Assembly: GCA_038496445.1 (NCBI GenBank)
Contig: JALMLS010000376.1
Span: 124,001-188,000 of the forward strand
From: Trichosphaerium sp. ATCC 40318
Taxonomy: Eukaryota; Protista; Tubulinea
Length of the DNA: 64,000 bases
Direction of reading: 5' to 3'
This document shows positions 1-13,409 of this stretch, in pieces; position 1 is the first letter of the stretch; the number at the start of each line of letters is the position of its first letter. Both the position numbers and the translations under genes were made by a program. Below the pieces are notes generated by a model. The model had not been told where the DNA came from. It saw only the letters and a list, made by a program, of their open reading frames with translations, and did not search any database.

Positions 1-881
1 TTTACCTCGAAATATCGATAGCAGTCTGTATGAAAGCCCAAAGGTAGTCCAATACTTGCACTCTATATAACTTTGTTACTACAAACAAAGAGGCTTCAAC
101 TTACATGTGATGCCGTTGATAGCTCTTGTACAAGCCCAATACATAGCTCAATACCAATCGTTTTCTGTTGATAACATTAATAAATGTAACATTATCTTGC
201 TAGTACCAATGCAATAGATTCATTTGCTACTAGCTCTTCAATTTTCTTCACCACAAGCTGTTGTTAAAGAGGTTAATCACAAGATTTTACAATGACAAAA
301 CGCACTTGTTTAGTAGGTGACATTGGTTTGTTCTCCTCCTGTAGCCACCCTCTTTTGGCTAGTATTACAATCACGTGTATTGCTTTTGCGCGAACGTAAT
401 GTGTGCTAATATATTTGTTACTTTGGTTGAGCACTAGATAGTGTTGTTCGGACCACTTTTTGTTGATGGCAAATTCTAGAACGAAATTTTGCAGCTGTGC
501 TATTTCGTTTTTGTTTGTGGTTAGCCATTGACGCAGAGACGCTTCCTCTAGAGTGGAAAGAGCCACGAATTGGAGTGTTGGCAAGTCGCAAGCTTCTGGA
601 TTTTAAATGGTCAGATTGATTTAGTTGACTAAAAAGATTATATCGGCGTACCTAAGATGTAACGGCTTACTGGTATGGCGTATTGAGACTGTTTAAACGA
701 GAGTATAACCTAAAATGGTTTTAAAACCGCTGAGTGTCACTTCTTACCTCCTCTGCTTCCTTCGAGTGCGTTTGCTACGCTATGTCAGATGTTGTAACAA
801 AATTTATACAGTTTAACGCACGCTGAATGCGCCACACGCTTTAGTTAGCGTTGGTAATACATTATCAATGATTGCTTGCAT
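1..881 (-). CDS. XPO4: Exportin-4-like karyopherin, 5' part (continues beyond window start)
   Basis: Spliced translation MQAIIDNVLPTLTKACGAFS-QTHSKEAEE...LQFVALSTLEEASLRQW...YVRAKAIHVIVILAKRGWL...SASIGLPLGFHTDCYRYFE parallels the XPO4 N-terminus (YVREQILLAVAVIVKRG; SNIGLSMEFHGNCKRVF). Confidence 0.8.
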
Positions 882-987
882 CGAGTTGATGTGTTTCTAT
901 TATAACTTAACGAAAAATGCCAATTGTACATTAAGTACTGAACAAAATGAACCTGTAACGCAACAGCTTGCTAGACATTCACCAACA

Positions 988-3694
988 ATGTGGAAGGCAT
1001 GCCGAAAACAAGAGAAGGACATTCGTGGGTTAATGAAAGACTTTCGTCGCAGGGCTGAACGCAAGAAGGAGCTACAGCGTGAAAAAGTACAACACAGTGT
1101 ATTACTTTACATATTTACAACATCTCAGCACAAGGACCCTCTACAAGCCCTACGTATAGCAGGTACGGCTATGACTATAACGTCAAACAGAAAAATGCAC
1201 AATAAAGAAGAAAGCGCCCAGAATTTGTACGTCAGTTAACAAATTATGAAATTTGTAACGATATCGTTAAGAATGGCTTGGAATGGAAATCAAGACATCC
1301 AAATAGACAGGTAACTACCATGACGTTTTTTATTTTCGCTGACACATTGCAGATTTGACGTTCGCGCTCTGACAGATTACATACCAGCGCCACGGTACGC
1401 AATCTGAGTTTCTTTTTGAAAAAAAATCCAATTGATCAAATTACAGGCCACATGCCATCCAAAGCCTCACTGAAGAAGAGCAACGCATAGAAAGCGAAGC
1501 CAACTATGAGCGCTATAGAAATATCATTGAAAATCTCAAAAATAAAAGTACAAGTCGCAAATTTCCAATAACTGTTCGTTGTCTAACGTCACCTCTTAGG
1601 GAACGAAGATGAAGCTCTGGGCAAAGCATCAATACGAATGCTTGATATTGATCAGTCAGCAACTTATCGAGATATTCAGAAACAAAAGCACTTTAACACA
1701 GCCAAGCAAGCGTATGATCAAGATAGAGATTAGCTTTTTTATTTCACTAACAACTTTTTGCAGGCACCAAGCAAAACATAAAAAACCAGCTGGTGAGGGC
1801 GCATACAGTGCAGTAGGTTTTTCTTATGATAAAGAAGAACCTGAAAATTCAGAACCTCGGGAATCAGTTCCTCCACCGCCACCACCTCCACCTGAGGTAA
1901 CATCCATTTGAACTCGATAATTTTTTGACACTCTGATAGGAAAAACCTCCTCCACCTCCAGTTGAAGTGGAAGACGAATATGATCGTGACGTAGAAAAAT
2001 TAGAACCGATAAAAGAGGTAGAAAGTGAGCGTGAAACATGGTTAAACAAAATTGGTCGCGAGTTTGGTATTTATGACTATTGTCGTCTTGTACGCATGGA
2101 AAATAGAGATTTGAGAAGGTTATCACGTAAAAGAGAAAAACAAAAAATACTCTCAAAGGTGAGCACGTGATTGTTTATAATATTTCTCCTAACGGAAGTT
2201 ATAGACGCGAATATCACGTCGCCAAAGGCGTAGGCTTAGGGAACTCGAAAAGCGTAAGGTGGGCATCATACCTGGGTCTGACCTTAGCGCTGTCGAAGAC
2301 TTGAAAAGGAAAAGAGATAAAGAATTTTCCAATCTGAGAAACAAGTACCTCCTGACTTTTTTGGATTCTGTGTGGTAAATAAATAACCTTACTGTAGGTT
2401 TCACGACCTTTCTGACTCTGATTCTGACGGACGCAAGCAAAGGCGGTACTATGACGATGATTCTTGGAGCTCCAGTGACTCTCCTCGCCGAGGTAGATCT
2501 CCTGGTGGCGATATGGACACAGAGGATGCTTATGCTATGGCTAACAGGCTGGATGATGACGAAAAGTAAAGAGATTCAATTTTTTGCTAGGCCATTGTTT
2601 TTAATGTACTGCTAGATTCAAAGAGTTGATGCGTAAACAAAAAGAAAAGATGCAAAAGAGTCGTAGTGCAAAGGAAACAGCAAAGGCTGCTGCTAAGGCT
2701 CGTGCTGAATCAATGGATGAAAAGATGGAACGATTAGTTAGTAAACAACTCAATAGAAGCAGTACGATACAAATCAATTACAACTTGTATGCTCACATAT
2801 TTGATAGTCAAAGAAGATAGAAAAGTTACCAAAAAACGTCGCGAAAAGAAAGACGCTGAAGAACGCCAAAAAAGAGAAGAGTTGAAAAAGATACAAATGA
2901 AATATGGTACAGATTGGCCTTCTAGATCGAGATCGAGGTACAGTCATTATACTGCTGCTATGTCTAACTCAAAAATAGCTCTCCTATGTGGCGTAGTCGT
3001 AGTCGTAGTCGCAGTCCTAGACGTGGACGTAGCCCACGTGAGTATAAGGCAAATTGTATTAGATCTAACATTTTTGTTAAAGGACGCAAAAGGCGAAGGA
3101 GTTCATCTCGTTCATCCAGCAGTAGACCCAAAAAGCGACGCAGTAGCTATAGAAGATCTCGTAGTAGCTCACTAAGAAGGAGTACCTCGCGAGAGAGAAG
3201 CAGGAGTGATAGCAGGCGTAGAAGCCGAACTAAGAGGAGCAGAAGTAGAAGTAGAAGCTACGATGGAAGTAGAAGCCGAAGACGCTCTAGGTACATGATT
3301 ACTACGTAATGTCAACGTTAACGTTTATTTAGAAGTTATAGTCGCTCACGAAGCAGCGATCGCTACCGCAAAAAGCGGGGTAGAAGGTTGTGAAATACCA
3401 TGACATCGCATTCAAAAAAACTTTTTAAGTACACGAGTATTAATACCTCTTAGTTCAAGTAGAAGCGATTCCAGGCGCAGGTCAAGTGATAGGAGGTCGC
3501 GTGATAGAAGCAGATCGCATGATAGAGGCGTGAAACGTGCACGTCCTTCTTCAGCAACCAAGAGACCAAAAGCCAAAAAGGCAAAAAAATCTCGTTCTCA
3601 AAAGATTGATGATCTTCTTTCTGCTCTGGAAAACAAGCAAGCTGTGTCGAAGAACAAGAAGAAGCAAGCCTTAAAGAAGAAGCTAGGCTTGTAG
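988..3694 (+). CDS. CLASRP: CLK4-associating SR-rich protein (SWAP-type DRY_EERY domain, C-terminal RS domain)
   Basis: MWKACRKQEKDIRGLMKDFRRRAERKKE...DPLQALRIAG...MAWNGNQDIQIDRFDVRAL...NYERYR matches the CLASRP/SFRS16 N-terminus; long RS-rich tail about 2920-3600; multi-exon. Confidence 0.9.
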
Positions 3695-3991
3695 ACCTTA
3701 AAAAAAGGCGTAAAAGTAAGGAGTCTTTGCAATACACTTTGAAGTATCGCGCATGCCAAAATTGGCAATCTGACCAAAAACATAATTTTTTTTTACAAAT
3801 AACTCACGTGTATTAGGTAGAAACAGGGTAAAATGTACGTTAATATATGAATAAAAGGGTTATTCGTAAACAATAGAGTAGTTTGTATACAGAAAGTTTT
3901 AGTACTTTTCAAAAAACGTTACCACGTTTGCTACGAAGCTGTCTATTTACATTTTTTGTACATTGGTTGCTCAAACGGGTTGCTGGTGAGG

Positions 3992-4376
3992 TTAGTTTAC
4001 AGGTTTTAAACCAAAAGCTGTAGCGTTATTCCTGCCTTCCATTTCATTTAATTTCACTGCGTTTACGCGTACGGAGTCCTCGGTTTGTTTTTTAGTTGTG
4101 ATTATACGTTTTTGATCTAAAACGCAATATTAGCGGTTATTGTGCACTTATTGTAGCGGTACCATCTCTTATGACATCCTTTGCAAGACTAGTGTCTACT
4201 TTCACAAAAAATCCGCCCAAACATAGCCACGATTTCTCTTTCTTCGATTTGAGAAGTACACTGAGACCTTCTCTATTTTGATTAAGCTTTCTGTCAAGAT
4301 CTACAATCTCTCGCTTTTCTGTCATGACTTTCTCAGCCAAACGCTCCATATCTTCTAGTGCTTGCCTGTGCTGCAT
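3992..4376 (-). CDS. PDRG1: p53 and DNA-damage-regulated protein 1 (prefoldin-like)
   Basis: Two exons: ERLAEKVMTEKREIVDLDRKLNQNREGL...KSWLCLGGFFVK / DQKRI...LNEMEGRNNATAFGLKPVN*. Confidence 0.85.
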
Positions 4377-4486
4377 CTTGGTTGGTATGTAAAAACTACT
4401 ACCTTTCTACGAGAAAATAACGCAGAGATAGGTTCTAAGAACCACTTGAGAATAAGCGTAACAGTAACTCAGAAAGCCTGCCAATA

Positions 4487-7400
4487 ATGTCCACGCAAGC
4501 TGCGCGCTCACGCGCTAATTTTTTGAGGAACGCTGCGGAGAGCAACGAAGAGTATGATTTTACATTTGTTTAACCACCAACGTATTTAGGGACCCCAAGC
4601 GCATGTTTATGGAAGTTTTTTGGCAGCTTGCTTCGTTTGAAGAGAAAAAACGCAGAGAAGCTGTAATAACTCTTATGAAGCTTATTGATAGTGCCAAAGA
4701 TAAAAAAGAGAAGAGTAGCTTGCTTCAGTACAGTCTGAGGCGTTTGATACGCGGTACAACTAAATATTCGTTTCCACGCGTAATTTCGGTCAGGTTTGGC
4801 GTCACACAGAGATGCTGCGCGAGTTGGCTTCAGTATGGCATTAACACAAGTATGAACTTTAGTTTCAGTTTAAAACACTCTTTTCTTTCCACTGGCAACG
4901 CGTTTAGCACCATCAAGCGTAGTTTCGCAAATTTTTATCAAAATTCTCATGCCAACCTAATCCAAGCGTTTTATTAATTAATTTGCTGAAAAGCCTCCAA
5001 TGACCTTTAATAAATAATAATAGGTTTGTCGTGTATTTGACGTAAGTATACAATCTGTCACAGAACAACTCTATGAATCCCTACTTTCACTTGAAAACAG
5101 AAGTTACGAAATAGGTAAGCTCTTGTTTGACAGAAAAAACAAGAAAACAGCATCGTGTCAAAGCCATTTTTTGTTGACATTTTTTTTTTCTTTGTTAGGT
5201 TTCATCTTTGGTATAATGTCCCTCATACGCTCTGGTGCCTTTCAAAAGTATTTTGATGAAGGTCCAACGAATGCATCAAGATTTTTACAATACATGCTCG
5301 TACAAAAGGTTGTGAGACTTCTCGTTAAAGTATCACGTGGTGCTTGGGAGGATTTAGGTGTTCAAACAATTATTCAACTATTTGGCACAGTTCCAAAGGA
5401 TTTACTGAGTGACTGCGAAGAACCTATTCTTCACGTCCTCAAATTCAAGAAAGCACGTCACATGATGCCAAAGATCCAGCTGGCTCTCTTTGTATATGCC
5501 ACCTTCGGTGTACGTACAAACTTTCTTTGAACGTTAACCTATGTTGACAATTATCTAGCAAAACGTTCTACCAACTTACCTACAAGATCCACCAATAACC
5601 TCTAAATTCCTCGCACAACTCGAAAAGATGAACAAGGAGTGGCTTCCTTCGTACGTGTTTTATTGACATAATTAAAAAAATTGCAAGGCCACCTTTAATG
5701 TTACTAATTATAGCGTACCTCAACAATGCCAGTTGCACCCTGTACTACCATACTGCCTTGGCTTAATCGGCACCAATCCTGAAATGGTAGGCGATATCGG
5801 ATCTTACATATCTGGTACGTCCTTAAAGTTAAAAATGTCACTGGAGTTTAGTAATACTAATTGAAACTTTCTTTAGACTGCATTACCGGAGACACTGTAT
5901 ACAGAACTGATGCTTTGAAACTCGTCACAATGTTAGCTCAGTCAATGGAACTATCTCGTCTATCTACTGTGCTCACCAACCACTTCTTATACGTCATGAC
6001 ACAAATGTTACTCGGAGGACAGGATATCCCTGAAGTAGCAAAACAACCATACAAGAACTTGGTGCGTTTTATTTGTTTGTTGCTCAACCAAACTGACATT
6101 TCACAAGCTCTCAATCCTTAAAAAGAGAGCTGTATCCGTAGATGATAAGAGCAGTGTACTATGTTGTATTGTCGGACCAACAACTGTAGTTGGTAACATG
6201 CATGTACTTGCACATCGATTACAATGGGACATCACACAAGATTTGCTAAAAAACAAAGAAGCTGTTCGTAATTGCGTAAACAGATTCATTGAGGCATTCG
6301 AAGATCCTAAGCGTAAGCACTTGTCATTTATATACTTGACGTATTAACGACAAATCCTTGCTTTAGAATACCTCCCAGGGTTAAAAAGAAGAGCTGAAAC
6401 TATCGTGTTTAGATTACATATTGTATATTTGTTTTATAAGTTTCTTATGATGGACTCTATCGAAGATAGCATTAAGACCACTGTTGGTCAATTTTTAGTA
6501 TTTAATGCATACTACGAATGGGGACCAGAAACCGAAGAAGCTGGAGAGAAGGATAAAGCTCTCTTATCTGTACGCTTTTGTTTTTTGCATTTTTGAAAAA
6601 AATTTTGTTTATCGCACGTGGGCGAAGCTTTCAAGTCTAATGTTAATTACTAGTGGGAACCAAAGAAGATTGAACCTAAACTTGATGTTAAAGTATCAGA
6701 TGCTTGTTATAGATACTTGTTATCTCTTAATTCACCTTCTAATCAAGACTCTATTGGAAACAAGTTCCTTATTTCACAAATGGATTTCTTAGTTTCACTT
6801 TTCGGTGCTGATTCTGTTTGGTATGACATTGATGATGAAGAGGTTGGTGTTGTAAAACAAGCCTTAGCAGAATTGAAAAAACTCCATAACAAGGTACGTC
6901 TTTTGTATGTCTTTCTTTACATGTAGTTTAACGTTGATGTTAAGATGCGTAAACTTGAGAATAAGGAAGACAAGAAGAGCGTAAATAATCATAAATTTTT
7001 GACACAGCAATACAAACTCCTCAGTTATGGTATCTTACATGCACACTCACAAGGAGAGATATCTCAAGTCCTATCAGTACGTTTATTTGCTAGATATATG
7101 TGTTATACCATTATCATACTGACGTTCCAAAAAGGGTGTTTTGAAGGGTCTAGAAGACTTACGAGCATCCCAAAAAGGCGAAAAATGTGAGTGTATTTTT
7201 TGTTGTAGTTTCTTTTTTACTATTACTTACTCTTTTCAATAGACTATCCAACCCCAGCGTTTGTTGATGTTCTATTGGCTTTCTTGTACGTTGAAGATAA
7301 GAACACAAGGAAGATTGTACAAAACTTATTGAAGGTAACACAATCAAACAATTTGCTATATACCTCCCTAACGAATACTGTAGAGACTCACTTTAGATGC

Positions 7401-9253
7401 ACCATGTCTTGAGTTGTTAAGCGATGTATGCTATACTAATTTAATTTTACGTGACACTAACCTCGTTTAGGCTATTGAAGGCAAAGCTAGAGTTGAAAAA
7501 ATGGACAGAGAAGCACAGAAACTTAAAGCAAAAGGAGCAAGTGAAGAAGGTGATGAAATGATGGAAGATGCAAAGAAAAACGATGACAATGAAGACAGTG
7601 ATGATAGCGACGATAGTGACGACAGCGATGATAGTGATGATGATAGTGATAGCGATGATGATGATGATGATGAGGAAGACAGCGACGGTATGGACGTTGA
7701 CGACGAACCACTTAAAAAACCAAAATGGCCAGCTCCTGGTGAGACAGCTGTTGAATCAGAAGAGGACTTGGATTTCACGTACGATGATTACTTTGTTGAA
7801 TTGTTTTGTTTACTAACTGGTAATAGTGGTATTGACTTACCAGACTTAAATGATGATGAAATGGAAGCTTTTGATGAGAAGATTGCTGAAGTTCTTTCTC
7901 TTCAATTAGCTCACAACAACAAACAGAAAAATACAAGTACGAAAATAAAAGTCTAACATTTTCTTCTTTTTTTTGAGCTGATTGCTCGGTGCGTTGAATA
8001 TTAATACGTATTTTTAGATGAAGAAAAGAAGGCTATCTTATTCAGATCTTCGATACTGGAGATTTTTGAGCATATCAAGCGATACAATTTTGAAGAAAAT
8101 CCTTTGATTATTACAACTGTTTACAGTAGACTTTTAATAACTTTGATCAATTTACCACCTCCTTGTACGTTTACTGTCTATTTTTTTGGAATTATTACAA
8201 GCTTATAATTAATGTAGCCGCTGCACATCAAAAACGATTACACAATAAGATTACAAAGACGTTAACATTTAGACCAAAGTACGTATTTTACTTTCCTGCT
8301 TTTTTCTTGTTTTTTTTTTAAAAGCTCTACTGACGTCTCCATTACAAAGGGGTATTCCAAAGTTTGATGAGTTAGATAGAGAAAAATTAGAAGATGTTAT
8401 TGCACAGTACTTATTCTATTTGACAACTTCAAAAGTACAACAAAAGAAGCTTGGACGACTGATAGCACACACTCTACGATTTTTATTGTCAGTTGCAAAA
8501 GGTAAGGGTTTTTTTTGAAGAGTGTAAATAATGTCTTTTGGGTTGGTTTTTAAGTTGATATCTGATCGCCTCTTGTAGCAAATGGTATGCCTGATTTAGT
8601 TCCTGAAATCATTACTGTATTGTTTAAGAAGCCAGTAAACAAGATTAAATTTAGAGGAGGTCTCTCACAGTTGATACAAGTACGTAATACGGTCATTGAA
8701 AAAAAAACTAAGGCTAATGCCACCAACTAGGAAATTCCTGAAGTTTCAAGCGATTGTGCTGACTTGATTCTGGAACAACTAACCTCACAAATGGAAGCTT
8801 TAAAACCAAAAGATTTTGGAAACATATGGGTTTGGCAACTGCTTAAAACTCTAGCTGAATCAAAAAGATACAAAGATCTCTTCAGCTGGAATAAATTTGC
8901 ACCTCGTTTTGCTAAGTTAGTAGCTGAACAACCCCGCCCAGTAATAATCCGTGGTGTACGAGCTGTTATCAAGCGAAGCTTACAGCGCCATTCTCAAGCA
9001 AAGGCACGTGATTTTCTTATTTTCTTTCGTCAGAATTTTTTTGGTTTATTTTTAGCATGTGAACCTAACTCGATTTTTTTAGGTACAACGCGCATGGAAT
9101 TCCAAATCACTTATTCAAAAAATGCGTGAACAATCAAAGGGAAAGAAAAATAAGGACCTTGATTCTCTTGAGAGATTACTTCAACCACAAAATAAGAATA
9201 ACAATACGCCTAAAAATAAAAACAAGAAAAAGAAGTCTTCTAACAAAAAATAA
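4487..9253 (+). CDS. MYBBP1A: Myb-binding protein 1A / Pol5 (DNA polymerase phi family) rRNA biogenesis factor
   Basis: FWQLASFEEKKRREA...LQYSLRRLIRG-LASHRDAARVGFSMALT; acidic tract followed by LNDDEMEAFDEKIAEVL; Lys-rich C-terminus; about 20 introns. Confidence 0.85.
7581..7690 (+). repeat. Coding (GAT/GAC/AGC) low-complexity repeat encoding a DDS/poly-Asp acidic tract
   Basis: gatagcgacgatagtgacgacagcgatgatagtgatgatgat... inside the MYBBP1A exon. Confidence 0.9.
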
Positions 9254-9426
9254 AGACAACAAACAACATCAAATAAATAAACTCAATCCAAGTTTTTTTT
9301 GTAAAAACAACAGCATCTGTTTCTTGTTTGTTTTACCCTATAAGTCCATGCCGACTTTCAGTTTTTCCAGTTTTTTCTTCTCTAAATATCTGCACTTGTA
9401 GAGTTTGCAATGAGTTTATTAGTGAG

Positions 9427-11176
9427 TTACATGAAAAGTGCTAGACAAACAAGCATGAAAACAAGTGCAATGCTCATTTGAATTCCAGGTGATGGAACTG
9501 TATCAGAAGGAGATACTGGTGCAGATGTTGTAGCAACCGGCGCAACAGTACTTGGAGGAGGGGTTGAGGTTACGCATTCAGCGTAAATCTCTATGGCAAC
9601 AGCTCCTGTGTTTCCACCTGTAATACAAACATTTAAAAAACACTCCTTGACATCAAAAAATGTTCTGGTTTTTCGAAAACAAGATGATTACCTGTACTTT
9701 CTTCAACTTCAAATCTTAACTTGGAAGTAGTCACAGGCGCAGCTAGCTTGAATGTGTACAATTTCAAAGCATCTGGGGTGTCAAAAAGACCAAGCGAAGT
9801 GCCATCATTTAGCAAACGAAATTTTGTTGTAAGTGCAGAGTTTACCATAGTACGTGTCCAATAACCAACTAAAAAACATTAAAAAAATAAGAGGAACAAC
9901 ATATAAAAAAAAATTAAAGAGAAAGAAAAGTGTACTGTGAGTTATCGTTTCTTCCTTTGCTAATGTGATTTCAATCCATGCATTGTTTCCATCGCCATTA
10001 GAGGACCACTGTGTATTAGATTTTCCATCGATAGCATTGTTACCTCCAAAAGAACTAATGCAAACAATAAACAATCAAGCTACCAACGAACAAAAATTTT
10101 AAAGAGATCTATGTTACCTAGTCAATGATCCCATTGCCCAATTAGAGCTAACAGAAACAGATGCTCCTTTAGATAGTAAAGCCATATTCTCTCCAATACA
10201 ATCTTCAGATGGTGCTACAGCATCAGAAACATTTGTTTTGATGGTTGACATCAAAAACGACTTTTGAGGAGCCAACACTTCACCGCCTATTACCAACCTT
10301 AGCAGAAGCCTACAATGATTTTTTAAGGTATTGTACTTTTAGTCAACATGAGCAAGTTAATCTCATATTCAGTGTCAGGAGAAAGACCAATTAAAAGCAT
10401 CTTATGAGTAGTAACCAACTCAGTACCGCCATTTCTTGTATTCGAGATGTACTAGTAGAAATCAAAATTAATATTAATATCACGTGATTTCAAAACAAAC
10501 ATCCAGGGACTGTACCTCTGTTGCATTTGCTTTACGATAAGCAAGTGAGTACAACTGTTCTTCTTGGTCAACAAATGTAAGTTCAATTGATGTTGCTGTT
10601 GTTGTAACATCCATTGAGTCAGGTCCAAGAGGGCTCTGTGATGGTGTAATAACACTCTCAACAGCATTAGTTGCATCAAGCTCCATAAGACCAACATTGG
10701 TTGAAGGTGTAGCGGTAGCAACAAATGGTGACACGTTGATTACTTCATGGGTTGTAGGATCAAAGAACGTCATAGAAATGACATATTTATTGCCTGAGAC
10801 CCAGTTCTATTACGTTTTAAACCTTGTACACATTTGTGATAATAAACGTGCGTACGGAGAAATACAATTGCCTGAATGTAGCTGGGAGAGTCATATCTGT
10901 ATAAAGAAGCTCGGCAAAGGTTGCCTTGAAACTAGTTACGGGTTTGTAAGTTAAATGTTTGATTACCTGTCCTTCTGGTTTGATATTCATACCACAGAGC
11001 ATTGGACGCGTTGTGGTAACTTCTAAAGACCAATTTGTGCCATTGTAACGAAGACCATTTGATTCCTAAACAAAACGCTTAGTACGCCACTGGTAGCCAT
11101 CAAAACGCACAATAATCGCAGAATACGACACTTCGATCAAAAGCGCTACTATTGCTAATACACAAATAATCTTCAT
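9427..11176 (-). CDS. Secreted/GPI-anchored protein with FN3-like and F5/8 type C (discoidin) domains
   Basis: Signal peptide MKIICVLAIVALLIEVSYS; FN3-like TATSIELTF...HKMLLIGLSPDTEYEI; discoidin NAIDGKSNTQWSSNGDGNNAWIEITL...LRFEVEESTGGNTGAVAIEIY; S/T/P stalk and hydrophobic tail IALVFMLVCLALFM*. Confidence 0.75.
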
Positions 11177-11390
11177 TGTAGGAGTGCGGTTAAACCTGTG
11201 CAATAACGAAAATGCTTTCCGATCACAATAAAACAATTGACTACCAAATCCGTAAAATGGGTTACGCATTTGTTGATCAAACATTCCAAGTCAAACAATA
11301 CACAAGTACACAAAAGGCATTCTAAATTACAACTTATTGTTTTATTAATACAAGAAAAACTAAAATACAACCCGAGTTTGACACTCATAT

Positions 11391-12308
11391 TTATGCTTGT
11401 CTCCTAGGCTGATCATACAAGTTACCATTGTATGGTTCAAAACCTTCGTTAACCTTCGTCTTGTTCTCGTCTGATCCATAAACAAACTTTACTACAGTCG
11501 TCTCCATACGCTTCTCAATACCGAGTTTGAAGTCATCACAAACTTTCATTTTTTTCCGTGCGTGTATGAGCTCTGGCTCCATGTCATCAATGACTTGTTG
11601 AAGCCTTTGATTTTCTTGTGTTAGACGTTGATTACTTGATGTAAGTGTTCCAAGAGTCTCGTTCAAGGCTTGGTTTTTGTTTTGCTCCAATTTAAGTTGT
11701 CGTTTTAAATTTGCTATTTCTTGCTTTTGATTATTAGATACTGTATTTGACGCTTGTACCATACGATTCGCCGCTTCCTATTATTACTGTTAGACAGTAA
11801 GACAACACTGCTGGAGGTAGATTTGAATTTTTTGGCTTGTGCTAAGTTTAAAAGAAATAAAACAATGTCGGAGTAAAAGAACTGTTTGATACAGCAAAAA
11901 AGCAGGTATTCTTGACACGGCCACACAAAAGTGAGGCATCTACTGTTGAGTAGCGCTATTGTAAGCCACAAGTCCCCTTTCCACGCGTGGGCAAAGCGGC
12001 GTGCTTGGTCTCGTAAGAGTAACTTGATGTGCTTACAATTTAACCCAGTAAACCCAGTGGCTCAGGTATTGGCGCTCATACACGTTCCATTGCGAACAAG
12101 AAAGGATCGTACGGTTGTTAACCCAACCACCCAATCAATTAACGGTTCGTGTATTCACACCAACGGCCTCAAGCTTAGCGCGTATAGAATCGCTATAGTT
12201 ACTATAACGTGCCTGATATTTTGTAAAATTCGTAGCGAACTCAAAATCCCTCATGAACCTTTGTGCGCGCTTTATTTCATCAGAAACGTTAATTTCATTT
12301 CTTGCCAT
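11391..12308 (-). CDS. Hypothetical coiled-coil protein; possible pseudogene (in-frame TGA at 12135-12137)
   Basis: Exon-like segments MARNEINVSDEIKRAQRF... and a coiled coil QEIANLKRQLKLEQNKNQALNETL; no canonical intron found that removes the TGA. Confidence 0.4.
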
Positions 12309-12519
12309 CGTTTTGCGCGCCAAAAATTTTGAATTTGTTGAATTTGGTTCAAATAGCATCTGGCTTAGTTTTTATGTTTAAGGAGCATACTGGCGACCAA
12401 TTCAACGCCAAATAACGAATACTACTGTCGCACGAACTACTGCTGGCCCAATATGCATTGGAATCCGCTAGTTTTAGTACAACAGAAAAGATTGTCGCAA
12501 GTAAGTCGCAACCACATTG

Positions 12520-13296
12520 TTAGTTTACGAAGTACGCTATTGGCGCACTCTCTATATTTTGTTTACATATTGGGCACTCGCTCAACGGACCCGCACATTG
12601 ACTACAAACGCACACGTGCCCACAAGGTTGGAGTATGGAATTAATATCTCGCTCAAAGCATATGCAGCACTGCTTGAAGTCACGTTTCTCTTCTTCCAAC
12701 AATACTGCCAACTACAAAAATAAGTGCTTAAAAAAACCAGCTGAAGCACCTTCCGCTTTTGAATGGTTGACAAAACACGCTGATGCAACTCTTCTTGTTC
12801 TTGTAGTTGCTCAATCGTACATTGATTAACTAGTTCCCCGTTCTGTAGCTTAACTGTTTGCTCCAGGGTTTCCTTTTGTTGCTGCAATGCCATTACCTGT
12901 TCTTGTAATCTCTGTAGCTCTTGTGCTTGGTTGCTAATTTCTTGTCTATGTTCTCTGGTTTCGTTAACACGTGCGCGTTCATTTTCTACCATCTGTTGTT
13001 TTAAAGCAGCGTTCTCAGCGCGCAGGGTATTAGCCAATGCAGTGGCTTTGGACGTTGATTTGCGTATCACTTTTCGTTTTTTTGTGTGTTTTGGCGCTAC
13101 CTAACGTTTACATCAATGTGGTGATGAATATTGGATACGTAACGAAGTTTTCCATGTTTTCGTCATCATTATCTTGACAATCGTCACCATAGTGCTTTGT
13201 ACGAACTAATTTACGTCGTGGTCGCCCGTTAGTGGTGTTCTGCGCTGCCTTCGCAATTTCAGATAGTTGATGTGATAGAGAGCGTCTTCGTTTCAT
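12520..13296 (-). CDS. Coiled-coil + C-terminal RING-HC (IAP/MGRN-like C3HC4) E3 ubiquitin ligase
   Basis: CCICFERDINSILQPCGHVCVCSQCAGPLSECPICKQNI; Gln/Glu-rich coiled coil upstream. Confidence 0.85.
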
Positions 13297-13409
13297 CCCA
13301 CGCGATGAGGAGGTTAACAGCGCTCCAGTGGAATTGTTTAAGTCAAAAGTTGTCCATTCATTTAAAATTCAGCGTATGATTTTTTACTTTTGTACATTTT
13401 AAGCTTGTG

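Noticed and set aside
7467-7816. Poly-Ser, poly-His and poly-Met ORFs
   Set aside because: Alternative-frame and antisense shadows of the MYBBP1A acidic repeat
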